DNA of 64,000 bases from Spirochaetota bacterium (GCA_043803405.1 JAZDKB010000006.1:32001-96000); one strand, 5' to 3'. Counted from the first letter of the stretch, positions 8,931-18,664 are shown. Program-made: numbers and translations. The notes: a model not told the origin generated them from the letters alone.

Positions 8931-11390
8931 TTACGGCAATGGAACCGCTTTCCCGGTTGAAAGATCGTACTGGGTTCTTTTTATCAGTTCGTCTTTCATT
9001 GCATCATTTAAGTCATTGAAGAATGCTGAATATCCCGATACGCGCACAATGAGATCCCTGTACTTATCCGGGTTTTTACGCGCGTTTATAAGATCATTAT
9101 AGGATTGTATGTTATATTGAACCTGCATACCGTTCTTTTGAAAATAAGCTCCGATCATGGAACTGAATTTTTCTTTAAATTCATCCTGCCCGATCATGGC
9201 CGGAGGGGTGTACTTTATATTAAGCGCGTATCCACCCGGTATATTCAGAAATCCCAAACTCCCAATCGCGTTATATGCTGCGGTCAGCGAAGTTGCAGAC
9301 TGCGATGCGGGCGTTATCCCGCTTGAAAATACTTCGTGCGCTGCTCTGCCGCTCGGCAATGCCCACGCTATTTTACCAAGCCCGGCATGATTTGTCATTG
9401 ACCAGAACGCGGGACGGTATTTCCCTCCGCGGTAATTAGTGTATGACTGGTAAAGCCCATATAAAAATGAAATAAGCTCTTTTGAATTTGAAAGAGCAAT
9501 CGGATCTTCGGTGCCGTATTTCGGGGCGGACATCAGCAGTGTCCGGACTAAGCGTCCTTCGGCATCGCTAAAATTATTTTTTACTGCTTTCACTATCTCT
9601 TTCATTGTTGCTGTTTTTAAATTTAACACATATTGTATGGCATTCAGTGAATCACAGATATCCGCGAAACCGATATGAGTAACTCCCGAAGAATTGTATT
9701 TTGCTCCGCCGAATATAAGGTCATGGCCTTTTTCAACAGGGCCTTCAAACAGGCCGGATAAAAGCGGGGTAGGAAGATATTTCTGATATGTTCTGCCAAA
9801 AGCTTCATTAAGCGATATTCCCTGATCAATCAGCCATTCGAGCTGTTTATAGAATGCATCGCGGAATTCGGGATAATTCGTAAAAGCAGACGCGTCCCCG
9901 CTTTCGAAACTGATAAGCTCGTTCCCGGAGATATAAGGACGCCTGCCGTTATACAGGGCAAGGTCCATTGCCGCAGACAGATTTATAAGCAGAGAGGAGG
10001 ACGATGAGTACTCGCGGCCGGCGCTCCCCAGCTCAACGCATCCTATTACAGCATAGTCGCGTGCGTCGCTTTCGGATACTCCCTGGTTCACCAGTGTCCC
10101 TATGTTTGTAATGTCATTATAAAAAGCAGGGATTGCGCGGGTGTTAAGAACAACCTGGCTTACCCTGTCTCTGTATTCCCTGCTGTTCTTTTCAAGATGA
10201 TAGCGCGCGTTTACGTTTGGATCGCGAAGCTTAAGAAGCTCAGTTACACGAAGCATAATATAAGTGAGATCGTTCACCGCGTCTTCGCCATTTCTGTCCA
10301 CGCCGCCGAGCGTTACTGCGGGCACTGAAGCAGCGCCGCCGAACAGTTTTTCCGCCGATTCCGGTACAAGGTTGGTGTTGTCTCCGAATTTGAGCCATAA
10401 ACAGCCGCAAATACTAATTGCTTCTTCAATACTTATTTTATTATCCAGATAATCTTTTTTAAAGAATGGATACAGCAGCTGGTCGACGCGTCCCGGATTA
10501 AGAGCCATGTTTACGTTTTCGGCCAGCACTCCGATGTGGCAAAGCAGGAGCGCGTTTGCCGCCTCGCGGAAATTCCGCGGAGGATTCGCCGGCACATTAT
10601 CGCAAATTCCTGCTATTGAAAGTAAGTTATTTTTCGATCGGGGATCAGAAGCACCTTTTGCTTTTTTGCGGGCTGCTTCTGCCAGGTTCGATGCGTAATT
10701 AATAATACCGCGCAAAGCAATTTGCACAGATAGATAAAAGTTAATTTTATTTTTTTTATCTTCCGAATCTGGAACGCTGAAAAGCATATCTATTTTTTCC
10801 TGCGCTTCTGCAATAATGCCGTTCAGTCCTATAGCCAGCATCTTCTCATAATACGGAGTAGTGTGCGATATAACCGAAGCTTTGCCTGCCAGGAAAAAGT
10901 TTATCTTCTCCAAAAGGGCCATTGCCGGAGGATTAAGTTCTTTTCTCGTCCTTTCAGTAATGCTTTTGTCAATCCAGTACGGATAAACCGAGAAATTAAG
11001 CGTTTCCGCGTCCTTTTCGCTTAAATATTGCGGATTTACTTTTCTTTTGCTTATCGTATCAAGCTCCGGCCATATTGCCAGTCCCATGTAATCAGGATAC
11101 ACAGGCGCGCCGAACGTTTTGGAAGTCGAATTACCAGCTAATAGATTATTATCATGAAAAATTGCTTTTCGGTTTGTAAGATAATGATTTACGGCGCCTG
11201 CCCTCTGTATCTGAACCGGTTCGCTTTCATGATTTTTAATATACTCGGTAACAAGAACAGCTCTTTCAATGCAGACTTCTGTTCTTGCATTTACAAGGTT
11301 TTCCCTGAGCTCTTTTAACAGGGGGATGGTGTCGTAATTATAACCACAAAGGCTTATATCAGACTGAGTCTCTTTAGAAACAATAAGCAT
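8931..11390 (-). CDS. Glycyl radical enzyme (PFL superfamily), substrate unassigned
   Basis: C-terminal Gly loop LIVRVSGYS, single-Cys loop IGCVELG, and GRVDQLLYPF. 819 aa with an AGGAG RBS. Confidence 0.93.
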   Translation of the reverse strand: MLIVSKETQSDISLCGYNYDTIPLLKELRENLVNARTEVCIERAVLVTEYIKNHESEPVQIQRAGAVNHYLTNRKAIFHDNNLLAGNSTSKTFGAPVYPDYMGLAIWPELDTISKRKVNPQYLSEKDAETLNFSVYPYWIDKSITERTRKELNPPAMALLEKINFFLAGKASVISHTTPYYEKMLAIGLNGIIAEAQEKIDMLFSVPDSEDKKNKINFYLSVQIALRGIINYASNLAEAARKKAKGASDPRSKNNLLSIAGICDNVPANPPRNFREAANALLLCHIGVLAENVNMALNPGRVDQLLYPFFKKDYLDNKISIEEAISICGCLWLKFGDNTNLVPESAEKLFGGAASVPAVTLGGVDRNGEDAVNDLTYIMLRVTELLKLRDPNVNARYHLEKNSREYRDRVSQVVLNTRAIPAFYNDITNIGTLVNQGVSESDARDYAVIGCVELGSAGREYSSSSSLLINLSAAMDLALYNGRRPYISGNELISFESGDASAFTNYPEFRDAFYKQLEWLIDQGISLNEAFGRTYQKYLPTPLLSGLFEGPVEKGHDLIFGGAKYNSSGVTHIGFADICDSLNAIQYVLNLKTATMKEIVKAVKNNFSDAEGRLVRTLLMSAPKYGTEDPIALSNSKELISFLYGLYQSYTNYRGGKYRPAFWSMTNHAGLGKIAWALPSGRAAHEVFSSGITPASQSATSLTAAYNAIGSLGFLNIPGGYALNIKYTPPAMIGQDEFKEKFSSMIGAYFQKNGMQVQYNIQSYNDLINARKNPDKYRDLIVRVSGYSAFFNDLNDAMKDELIKRTQYDLSTGKAVPLP

Positions 11391-11427
11391 AATAACTCTC
11401 CTTATAAAATAGATTATAGTTACAGCT

Positions 11428-11601
11428 TATTTCTGCAGGTAAGATCGTAGACCGGATAACCGGAAATTCAGATAGGCAGGCAAGGGGAGTTTTGCATTTT
11501 TAAAACAGATAAAGATATGCTCTCTGCCCGATTTGAGTGACAGAGAAATTGAATTTCTGATTTACCATTAATAAAACAATGGAATTTAACCTGCAAAAAT
11601 A
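11428..11601 (-). ncRNA. Candidate structured leader or ncRNA upstream of the GRE gene
   Basis: Nested complementary segments 11428-11446/11582-11601 and 11461-11470/11550-11560, plus inner hairpins. Several mismatches become G-U pairs on the minus strand. TATAAT lies at 11613-11618 (minus). Confidence 0.4.
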
Positions 11602-11641
11602 TTATCTTAAGGATTATATTCTTATATTTTTCGTTTAAGGG

Positions 11642-12901
11642 TTAAATTTTTATCGATTTAATATCTTTTCCGGTTTCATAAACAAATACAACCGGGCCGG
11701 AGGCAATTGAGCTTTTATTCGCTGTAAGCCAGCCGCCGGAATTTAAAAGGGTAATTCTTTTATTATCAAATAAATATGATTTATTGTCATTTGATACAAC
11801 CGGTACATGAGTGTGTCCGAATAAAAATGTGTCCGGTATTCCGGAGACATTTTTTATGCGTCCATCTCTTTGCAGCTGCTCTATTTCAAGTCTGGAAGAT
11901 GTAATATAATCATTGAATCTGTCAATACAGCCTTCATCTTTATTTATTGTAAGATCGGAAATGTAATCCGAATTTCTCATTTTCTTTAATGATTTTATTG
12001 TAATATTAGTGAGGATTTTTTTCAGAATCCAGGAAGTTAAGCCGAATAATTTTGCTATCTTCAGCTCTTTGATGATATAAGGAACAATATTTTTTATGCT
12101 GTTTTTTATCGGGGCATATTTGCCGTCTGTAACAGCCTTTTCTATTTCGAGTGCAAAATCCGTAAGCGGGCCTGCCTGTCCTATTCCTATGGAACCGAGT
12201 TCGCATAACGGGAAATTAACGGCAATAAAATCTTTTATATTAAACGAATCTTTCTTTGCCGTTAAAACTTTGTATAATAGTGAAAGAGCAGACCAGTATG
12301 TTTCCAGGTATTGCCCGTGCGTCATCAGAATTGTTTTTTCTTCGGTAAAAAGATACAAATTCGGGAAAGCCACAAGGAACGGAATGTAATCGGGTGTTCC
12401 GGGCTTATTATCCGGGATCAGGTTATCGAGAAACATACCCCCGTATGCTTCAACGGAATCATCCTGATCTTTTCTGGTCACACCAGCCAGGGTATATTTA
12501 TTAATGGCGTCCTTCCTGTCATCCATAATAAAAGGAACGGACATTTTAAATTTTCTTGCAGGTTTGCCGTTATTTATTTGATTAATTACATTTGATTGAT
12601 GTTCGATCGTATGCCATATATTATAATCATGATTGCCCGGAATGTATACAATGCGTTTTACGGCTTTTGCTTCCTTAATACTCTTGAAAAACCTGTAGCT
12701 GTACTGGTATACATCTTCGTAGTCGTTTATTGCAAAATCCATTATATCGCCGAGCAGTATCAGGCAATCATTGTCCTTGCCCATTATATCAAGCAGTTTG
12801 CCGAGATTCGCTCCGTCCTTTATGCTCCCGTCGGCATTTTTATCGAAAAGCGTGCACTCCGGATCGCCAAGATGCGTGTCAGATATTATCGTGCATTTCA
12901 T
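11642..12901 (-). CDS. Calcineurin-like metallophosphoesterase
   Basis: Motifs SDTHLG, LGDIMD, PGNHD, THG, FGHTH and NSGGW. Start placed at MKCTII; the ORF is open to 12979. Confidence 0.85.
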   Translation of the reverse strand: MKCTIISDTHLGDPECTLFDKNADGSIKDGANLGKLLDIMGKDNDCLILLGDIMDFAINDYEDVYQYSYRFFKSIKEAKAVKRIVYIPGNHDYNIWHTIEHQSNVINQINNGKPARKFKMSVPFIMDDRKDAINKYTLAGVTRKDQDDSVEAYGGMFLDNLIPDNKPGTPDYIPFLVAFPNLYLFTEEKTILMTHGQYLETYWSALSLLYKVLTAKKDSFNIKDFIAVNFPLCELGSIGIGQAGPLTDFALEIEKAVTDGKYAPIKNSIKNIVPYIIKELKIAKLFGLTSWILKKILTNITIKSLKKMRNSDYISDLTINKDEGCIDRFNDYITSSRLEIEQLQRDGRIKNVSGIPDTFLFGHTHVPVVSNDNKSYLFDNKRITLLNSGGWLTANKSSIASGPVVFVYETGKDIKSIKI

Positions 12902-13076
12902 GTGTTTGTCTGCAAAATAATTAATGTGTAATTGTTCCAAAAGATGCGAAAAAATATTGTAGGCGCTATAAGCAGGCAATTAATGTTTAATATATTAAAT
13001 TGTTATTATTAAAAAAGCAAGGTAATTTTATAAATCAGACAGGATATTTTTATATATTATTATTTCCGCTAAATAT

Positions 13077-13859
13077 TTACTTCAGCAGTGAATCCCAGTT
13101 TACAATGCGGCCGTCAAAAACAGGACCGTCAACGCAGGCTCTTTTAATTCCGGAGATCGTTTCAACCGCGCATCCGAAACATAACCCTATTCCGCAGCCG
13201 AAATAATTTTCAAGCGAGGCTTCTATTGGAGTGTCCGATTGTTTAGCAATGCCGGCAATGGCTTTCATCATTACGGAAGGACCGCATGTATAAATTATAT
13301 CGAATTTATTTTGCTGTAAAATAGCTGCTGCGGCATCTCCTGCTGTTCCTTTTTGCCCTTCGGAACCATTATCCGTATATAAATAAAACATATCCGCTAT
13401 TGCTTTAAAATCATTCTTATTAAAGATGAATTCTTTTGATCTTGCAGCGTAAATATAATGAATTTTATTATTTCCGGTATTTAATGTTCTTGCAAGATAA
13501 TATAACGGCGCATTTCCAACTCCCCCTCCGATCAGCAATACGCTTTTATTCTCTGCGATCGAAAACCCATGGCCAAGCGGACCTATAACATCAAGCAGTG
13601 ACTGCGCTTTAATATCTTTCAGCAGTTTTGTCCCTTTGCCGACTATTCTAAAAATTATTTCAATGGTATTGCTGTTCTGGTTATAAATTGAGAAAGGACG
13701 CCTTAATAAAGGTTCCAGATCGCCGATTTTTATATTCACGAACTGGCCCGGAGCGGAATAATTTTGTTTAATATTAATTTTTAAAAGATAATGATCTTTG
13801 CAGACTTCCAGAGGTTTTTCTGTTACAAGAGCTATGCAGGCTTTAGGATTCGGGTTCAT
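13077..13859 (-). CDS. pyrK: Dihydroorotate dehydrogenase electron-transfer subunit
   Basis: PGQFV, LRRPFSI, GPLGHGF, GGGVG, CGP and the 2Fe-2S motif CGIGLCFGC…C. Confidence 0.88.
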   Translation of the reverse strand: MNPNPKACIALVTEKPLEVCKDHYLLKINIKQNYSAPGQFVNIKIGDLEPLLRRPFSIYNQNSNTIEIIFRIVGKGTKLLKDIKAQSLLDVIGPLGHGFSIAENKSVLLIGGGVGNAPLYYLARTLNTGNNKIHYIYAARSKEFIFNKNDFKAIADMFYLYTDNGSEGQKGTAGDAAAAILQQNKFDIIYTCGPSVMMKAIAGIAKQSDTPIEASLENYFGCGIGLCFGCAVETISGIKRACVDGPVFDGRIVNWDSLLK

Positions 13860-14427
13860 CTTTTGTAAATTTGATTGATTTTAGTTCAGTATAAATCGGG
13901 CCTTCTTTTGTTAAGGAAGACGAATACAGCGATAACTTTGTAAATGACGATTGGTATAAAAATAACTCTTTATTCTCGACAAGATATTGCCTCATGTTTT
14001 CACTCAGCTTTTTGCCTTTTCGTATCCTGGCCAGCGTAATATGGGGCGTAAATACATTTTTTTCTTTCTTGAATTTTAAGTCTGTGCCAAATTTTTCAGC
14101 GATCTGTGCCAGCTTATTAATCAGCTGTTCATCGGTTTTAATCCCTGCCCATATAACGTTCGGATTTTTTAAATCAGGGAAAACACCAAGGCCGAACAGC
14201 GTAAATGGGAAGATTTTTTTGTGCCAGGCAGTATTTTCAAAACCCTCTTCGATTTTATTTTGCATCTTTTCGCTGCATTCACCGAAGAATTTTAAGGTAA
14301 TATGATAATTTTCCGGCGATACTATTTTAAGCTCATTATCGAATCTTTTGAGGTAGCCGAAAACATCGTTTAATCGCTCATGTATGGTTTCATTGTTTAA
14401 TGGAAGCGCAATAAAAAGCCTGGGCAT
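13843..14427 (-). CDS. thpR: RNA 2',3'-cyclic phosphodiesterase (2H family)
   Basis: N-terminal RLFIAL and two HITL (HxT) motifs. Confidence 0.9.
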   Translation of the reverse strand: MPRLFIALPLNNETIHERLNDVFGYLKRFDNELKIVSPENYHITLKFFGECSEKMQNKIEEGFENTAWHKKIFPFTLFGLGVFPDLKNPNVIWAGIKTDEQLINKLAQIAEKFGTDLKFKKEKNVFTPHITLARIRKGKKLSENMRQYLVENKELFLYQSSFTKLSLYSSSLTKEGPIYTELKSIKFTKDEPES

Positions 14428-14448
14428 AAGAGTTCTCCATATTGTTTA

Positions 14449-15150
14449 TCACAGATCTTCAATGTCTTGTTCCGGATTAGTAAAATATTTTCCCGATTTT
14501 CTATATTCAAATTTTATAAGTTTGAAATCAATTGTTTTTTTTCTTATGTCGGATTTAATTTCGATTGTAATATTAAACTTTCTAACCTCGACAGGTAAAG
14601 AATTGAATGCAATAAATCTTAAAATTTTTTCTCCCGGTTTAATTAGCAGGTCATGTTTACTAATGTCCGTTGTGAAATCAATATAATTATCGCATAATTC
14701 ATCCGTGACTAACTTAAACTGGCTGAATAATTCTTTAAAATTTATACATGAATATTCGGATGATCCATATTTTAATTTTATATTATCTTCTGTTAATGCT
14801 TCAGATATTATATTATCATAGCGGAGTTTTATTTCCCCGATCTCGATGGGGAAATCTCCTGTGTTTTCCAGCACAATTTTAAAGAAAAGCAGCCCCGGGA
14901 TCCGGAAGGGAATATTACCGTTTTCTTCATTAATAAAGATTTCGTTTTTTAATACATCAGGTATTAGTTCCTTTTTTATTTCCTGAAGCGCAATGCTGAA
15001 ATTAGAGCTTACTATAAATGTGCATCTTTTATCTATAATTCTGGAATCAATCGTATCTGCGGGAATAACATCTGTTACAATTGCCGTTCTTGATGAGCAG
15101 GTATTTAAAAACAGAACGAATATCAGGCTAATATATTTAATAAAATTCAT
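14449..15150 (-). CDS. Hypothetical lipoprotein
   Basis: MNFIKYISLIFVLFLNTC signal peptide ending in a lipobox-like Cys. The ORF is open to 15186. Confidence 0.6.
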   Translation of the reverse strand: MNFIKYISLIFVLFLNTCSSRTAIVTDVIPADTIDSRIIDKRCTFIVSSNFSIALQEIKKELIPDVLKNEIFINEENGNIPFRIPGLLFFKIVLENTGDFPIEIGEIKLRYDNIISEALTEDNIKLKYGSSEYSCINFKELFSQFKLVTDELCDNYIDFTTDISKHDLLIKPGEKILRFIAFNSLPVEVRKFNITIEIKSDIRKKTIDFKLIKFEYRKSGKYFTNPEQDIEDL

Positions 15151-15197
15151 GTGCTTGTTTAAATTGAGCGGTTTATCCGGAATCATGATAATTTATA

Positions 15198-15344
15198 AAA
15201 TAATGATTATAAGTTCAGAACTTATTGTTATAATTCGTGAAGTTATTGTTATAAGTTGTTAAATAATCATTATAAGTTCAGAAGTTATTATCATAACTTG
15301 TGAAATAATGATCATAAGTTCACAAATAATCATCATTATTCTCC
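15198..15344. repeat. Degenerate tandem array, 7 x 21 bp
   Basis: Units: aaataatgattataagttcag / aacttattgttataattcgtg / aagttattgttataagttgtt / aaataatcattataagttcag / aagttattatcataacttgtg / aaataatgatcataagttcac / aaataatcatcattattctcc. Confidence 0.85.
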
Positions 15345-15396
15345 AAATAATTAAGGCTTAGGAAGCAATTTTAATAAAAAAACGCAATATAAGCAC

Positions 15397-17436
15397 TTAT
15401 TTTAATACGATCAAAGCATCAAGTGCAATCAGCCCGTCTTCATAGACCCGGACCGGGTTCAGATCCATTTCCTTTATTTCCGGGTGGCCTGTCATTAAAA
15501 GGCCGATCCTTACAAGCGCTTCTGCTATCCGGCGCTTGTCAACAGCAGGGGAGCCGCGCCATCCGTTAAAGAGCGCTTTCCCTTTCAGCTCGCTTATCAT
15601 TTCCTCTGCGTCAAATTGAGTCAGAGGAGCAAGACGCATGCTCACATCGTCAAGCGCTTCTGCTGTTACCCCGCCCAGGCCTAGCAGAACAGCAGGGCCG
15701 AAGCTTGCATCATTAATTGCTCCTATTATGATCTCAAGCCCGGGCTTTGCGGTTTCTTCTATAAGATATTTCTTTTTGCTTCCTGTTTTGATTTTATCGA
15801 TTTGTTTAAGCGCAGCCTCAAGCTGCTTTTCTGTTTTAACTCCGAGAATAACACCGCCTACCTCGGTTTTATGCTTTATTGTTTTATCCAGCACTTTAAC
15901 AACGCACGGTTTCCCAAGCTTTGCAAAGGCTTTTTTTGCTTTATCATGGCTTGCGCAGATGATCCGTTGCGGTGTGGTTATGCCTGTCCTGTCCAGAATA
16001 TCCAGCGCTTCCGCTTCGTCAGGGATTTCGGTCAAAGGAGCGATATCGATTTTGTCTGTAGCTACGTCCGCTCTTCTGCTTTTGCGATAAGCTGCCTTTG
16101 AGTCATCTACCAGGGCGCGAATTGCCTTTGCCGTCCTGTCGGGGGAAGGAAATGACGGAATATTATTTTCCGCGAGCGCCTTCTGCGTTGGATGTATATG
16201 CTCGGGAAAGCCGCCTGTACCTAGAATTAAAGGCTGCTTAATATCTTTAAATTGCTTAAAAAGGCTGACCGGATCAATTATTGCAGGCTCGTGAAGGGCG
16301 AATACGCTTAGAATATCTATTGCCGGATCATCCGCCATTGCCCTCATCACATTCGGGAATGTGTCGCCCGGACGCGTGGTATCAACCGGGTTCCTTATGA
16401 ATGATATCGGCGGCAGCTCCTTCTTTATCTTTTCAATTGTCGAAGGCTGCAGCTCCGGGATGAGGACGCCCTTGCTTCTAAGATAATCAGCAATCACAAG
16501 TCCGGGCCCTGCCTGGCCTGTCAGCAGCCCCACGCCCGGGTTTTCTTTAGGCTGAATACGCACGCGCGACAACAGATCTGCAGCGTCTATAATGTCGTCG
16601 CTCGATTCCGCCATAACCGCGCCTGCCTGAATTAAAGCTGCAATCTTTAATCTGTACGAACCAATCAGGTTTCCAGTGTGCGACGACGCGAATTCGGAAA
16701 TATCGGACTTGCCTATGGTTAAAAACAGGACCGGTTTCTTTTCAGCGGTTTTTTTTACAATATCATACAAACGCCTTCCCTCTTTTACTCCCTCAAGATA
16801 CAGAACAATTGCTTTTGTGTTATCATCATCCGCCAGGTATTCGACCACGTCCGAAACATTCACAACAGCTCCGTTACCGATTCCGGTAACAAGGCTTACT
16901 CCGAGATTCTGGGTCTGGATGAGCGCAACCAGGGTAAAGCTCATTGCGCCGCTCTGGGAAATAAGTCCGATGTTCCCCTGGCGCACATCGCCTATCCACG
17001 GATTGAAGTTGGCCGTTACGCCAAAGCGCGGATTTGCGAATCCGGCTGTGTTTGGGCCAAGAAGGCGTATGCCGTATTTGCGGCAAACGGAAACCAGTTC
17101 ATTCTGCATTCTTTCTCCTTCTCCGCCGGTTTCCGCAAAACCGCCGCCAATAATGAGAGCTGCTCCTGCGCCTGCTTCCCCTGCTTCCTTTAAAGCATCA
17201 ACGCATCTTTGTGCCGGAATAGTAAGGATGACGAGATCTATGGGATTGCCGATCGATTTAAGATCCGGATACGCCTTAAAGCTGAGGATGGAATCCGCTT
17301 TAGGATTAATAGGGTACAGCTTTCCGGGGAATGCCCTCAAGGCATACACCATTTGATATCCGGCCTTTGTTTCGTCAGCCGATGCGCCTACAACTGCGAT
17401 GGATTTAGGTTTATATAAGCTGTCCAAAGAATGCAT
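15397..17436 (-). CDS. ADP-forming acyl-CoA synthetase (acetate-CoA ligase family, fused alpha/beta)
   Basis: CoA-binding IAVVGAS, LLGPN, SQSGA, SHTG (phospho-His) and NPVD, followed by the ATP-grasp motifs HKTEVGGV and DLNPV. Confidence 0.9.
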   Translation of the reverse strand: MHSLDSLYKPKSIAVVGASADETKAGYQMVYALRAFPGKLYPINPKADSILSFKAYPDLKSIGNPIDLVILTIPAQRCVDALKEAGEAGAGAALIIGGGFAETGGEGERMQNELVSVCRKYGIRLLGPNTAGFANPRFGVTANFNPWIGDVRQGNIGLISQSGAMSFTLVALIQTQNLGVSLVTGIGNGAVVNVSDVVEYLADDDNTKAIVLYLEGVKEGRRLYDIVKKTAEKKPVLFLTIGKSDISEFASSHTGNLIGSYRLKIAALIQAGAVMAESSDDIIDAADLLSRVRIQPKENPGVGLLTGQAGPGLVIADYLRSKGVLIPELQPSTIEKIKKELPPISFIRNPVDTTRPGDTFPNVMRAMADDPAIDILSVFALHEPAIIDPVSLFKQFKDIKQPLILGTGGFPEHIHPTQKALAENNIPSFPSPDRTAKAIRALVDDSKAAYRKSRRADVATDKIDIAPLTEIPDEAEALDILDRTGITTPQRIICASHDKAKKAFAKLGKPCVVKVLDKTIKHKTEVGGVILGVKTEKQLEAALKQIDKIKTGSKKKYLIEETAKPGLEIIIGAINDASFGPAVLLGLGGVTAEALDDVSMRLAPLTQFDAEEMISELKGKALFNGWRGSPAVDKRRIAEALVRIGLLMTGHPEIKEMDLNPVRVYEDGLIALDALIVLK

Positions 17437-17674
17437 ATATTTTCTCCTCGTATAATACTAGGTTTTGTGATGCACTCAAAATAATAAGAATAAAAAGATT
17501 TGCATGTCAATAACGAAATTATAGAATTATAATTGACTTGGATGACATCTTCACTATTGTTTTTTAGTAATTATTTCTTAATATAAAGTTTTCGTTAATA
17601 AATAGTTCGTTAATAGAATTTTAGCTCGGGCTGTCTCACACGAAATTTTTTAGTTGTAAATGGGATAAGCTCCC

Positions 17675-17777
17675 GGCCCCCTAAATCCCCCTAGAGGGGG
17701 ACTTTCGGCTTTTTTTAAAGAGAAAAGCTTGTACTTTTTCCGTTTTTAAGTCCCCCTCTAGGGGGATTTAGGGGGCC
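17675..17777. repeat. REP-doublet-like palindrome with a perfect 30-bp inverted repeat
   Basis: ggccccctaaatccccctagagggggactt (17675-17704) and its exact reverse complement at 17748-17777. Each arm holds its own hairpin, tcccc-taga-ggggga. Confidence 0.85.
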
Positions 17778-17923
17778 AGAATGGTAATGGCATACTATAA
17801 TAATTGATTTATGTCCATCTTAGATACTTAAAATTATATTTATATTATTATGTAATAATTACTTATATGTTTTTAAAAATAAACTACTTCTTTATTTACT
17901 GAATAGGAATAGCGGTAAAATGC

Positions 17924-18664
17924 ATGCCAAAAGCGCCTTTGAATTTACAGACAACTACATTATGGGATTATCCGTCCCAGGCATATAAACGTTCAATGGA
18001 GTCGGAGAAAAAATTCCCAGGGGCCACACCCGCGTACGTTATATGGAATCTGCTGCAGCGTTATACAAAAGAAAAAGACCTTGTAGTAGATCCGATGTGC
18101 GGGAGCGGGACAGCAATGGATGTTGCGCGCGACCTGAAAAGACGCGCGCTCGGCTATGACATAAATCCTGTGCGCAAAGACATATTCAGGGCAGACGCGC
18201 GGAAAATTCCATTAGAGGACGGGAAAGCGGACTTTGTATTTGTGGACCCGCCTTATTCGGATCACATACGCTATTCGGGATTAAAGGAGTGCATAGGAGA
18301 ATTAAGCGCCCTAAGCGAAGAATATTATAAAGCAATGAAAATAGTAATAACGGAAATGCACCGCGTACTTAGAGAAGAGCGGTACATGGCGCTGTATGTT
18401 TCGGATTCATTTGAAAAAAGCAAACCTTTCATGCCTATCGGATTCAGGTTGTTTTCGATGTTGAACGAATTTTTCGTTCCTGTTGATATAATTGCAGTTA
18501 CCCGCCATAATGCCAGTATGTCAAAAGGAAACTGGCATAAAGCCGCAGCAGAACAAAATTATTTTCTTCGCGGCTTTAATTATCTTTTTATCATGTTTAA
18601 ACCTTCGGAAAAGAAGAAACAATATTTCCTGCCGGACAGAAGAAATATAAAGAGTGAATCTTAA
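17924..18664 (+). CDS. Orphan N4/N6 amino-methyltransferase (DNA or RNA target)
   Basis: SAM-binding DPMCGSGT followed by catalytic DPPY. Confidence 0.8.
   Translation: MPKAPLNLQTTTLWDYPSQAYKRSMESEKKFPGATPAYVIWNLLQRYTKEKDLVVDPMCGSGTAMDVARDLKRRALGYDINPVRKDIFRADARKIPLEDGKADFVFVDPPYSDHIRYSGLKECIGELSALSEEYYKAMKIVITEMHRVLREERYMALYVSDSFEKSKPFMPIGFRLFSMLNEFFVPVDIIAVTRHNASMSKGNWHKAAAEQNYFLRGFNYLFIMFKPSEKKKQYFLPDRRNIKSES

Noticed and set aside
8931..11390. Annotation as pyruvate formate-lyase (pflB)
   Set aside because: It has a single Cys in GCVE rather than the adjacent Cys-Cys pair required by PFL.
11428..11601. 6S RNA
   Set aside because: The length and closing stem fit, but the interior is branched rather than a rod with one central bubble, and I recognise no 6S sequence motif. 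Left as an unassigned candidate.
15198..15344. CRISPR array
   Set aside because: The units are contiguous and degenerate with no unique spacers, and there are no cas genes.
17924..18664. Restriction-modification system
   Set aside because: No endonuclease or specificity subunit is adjacent.
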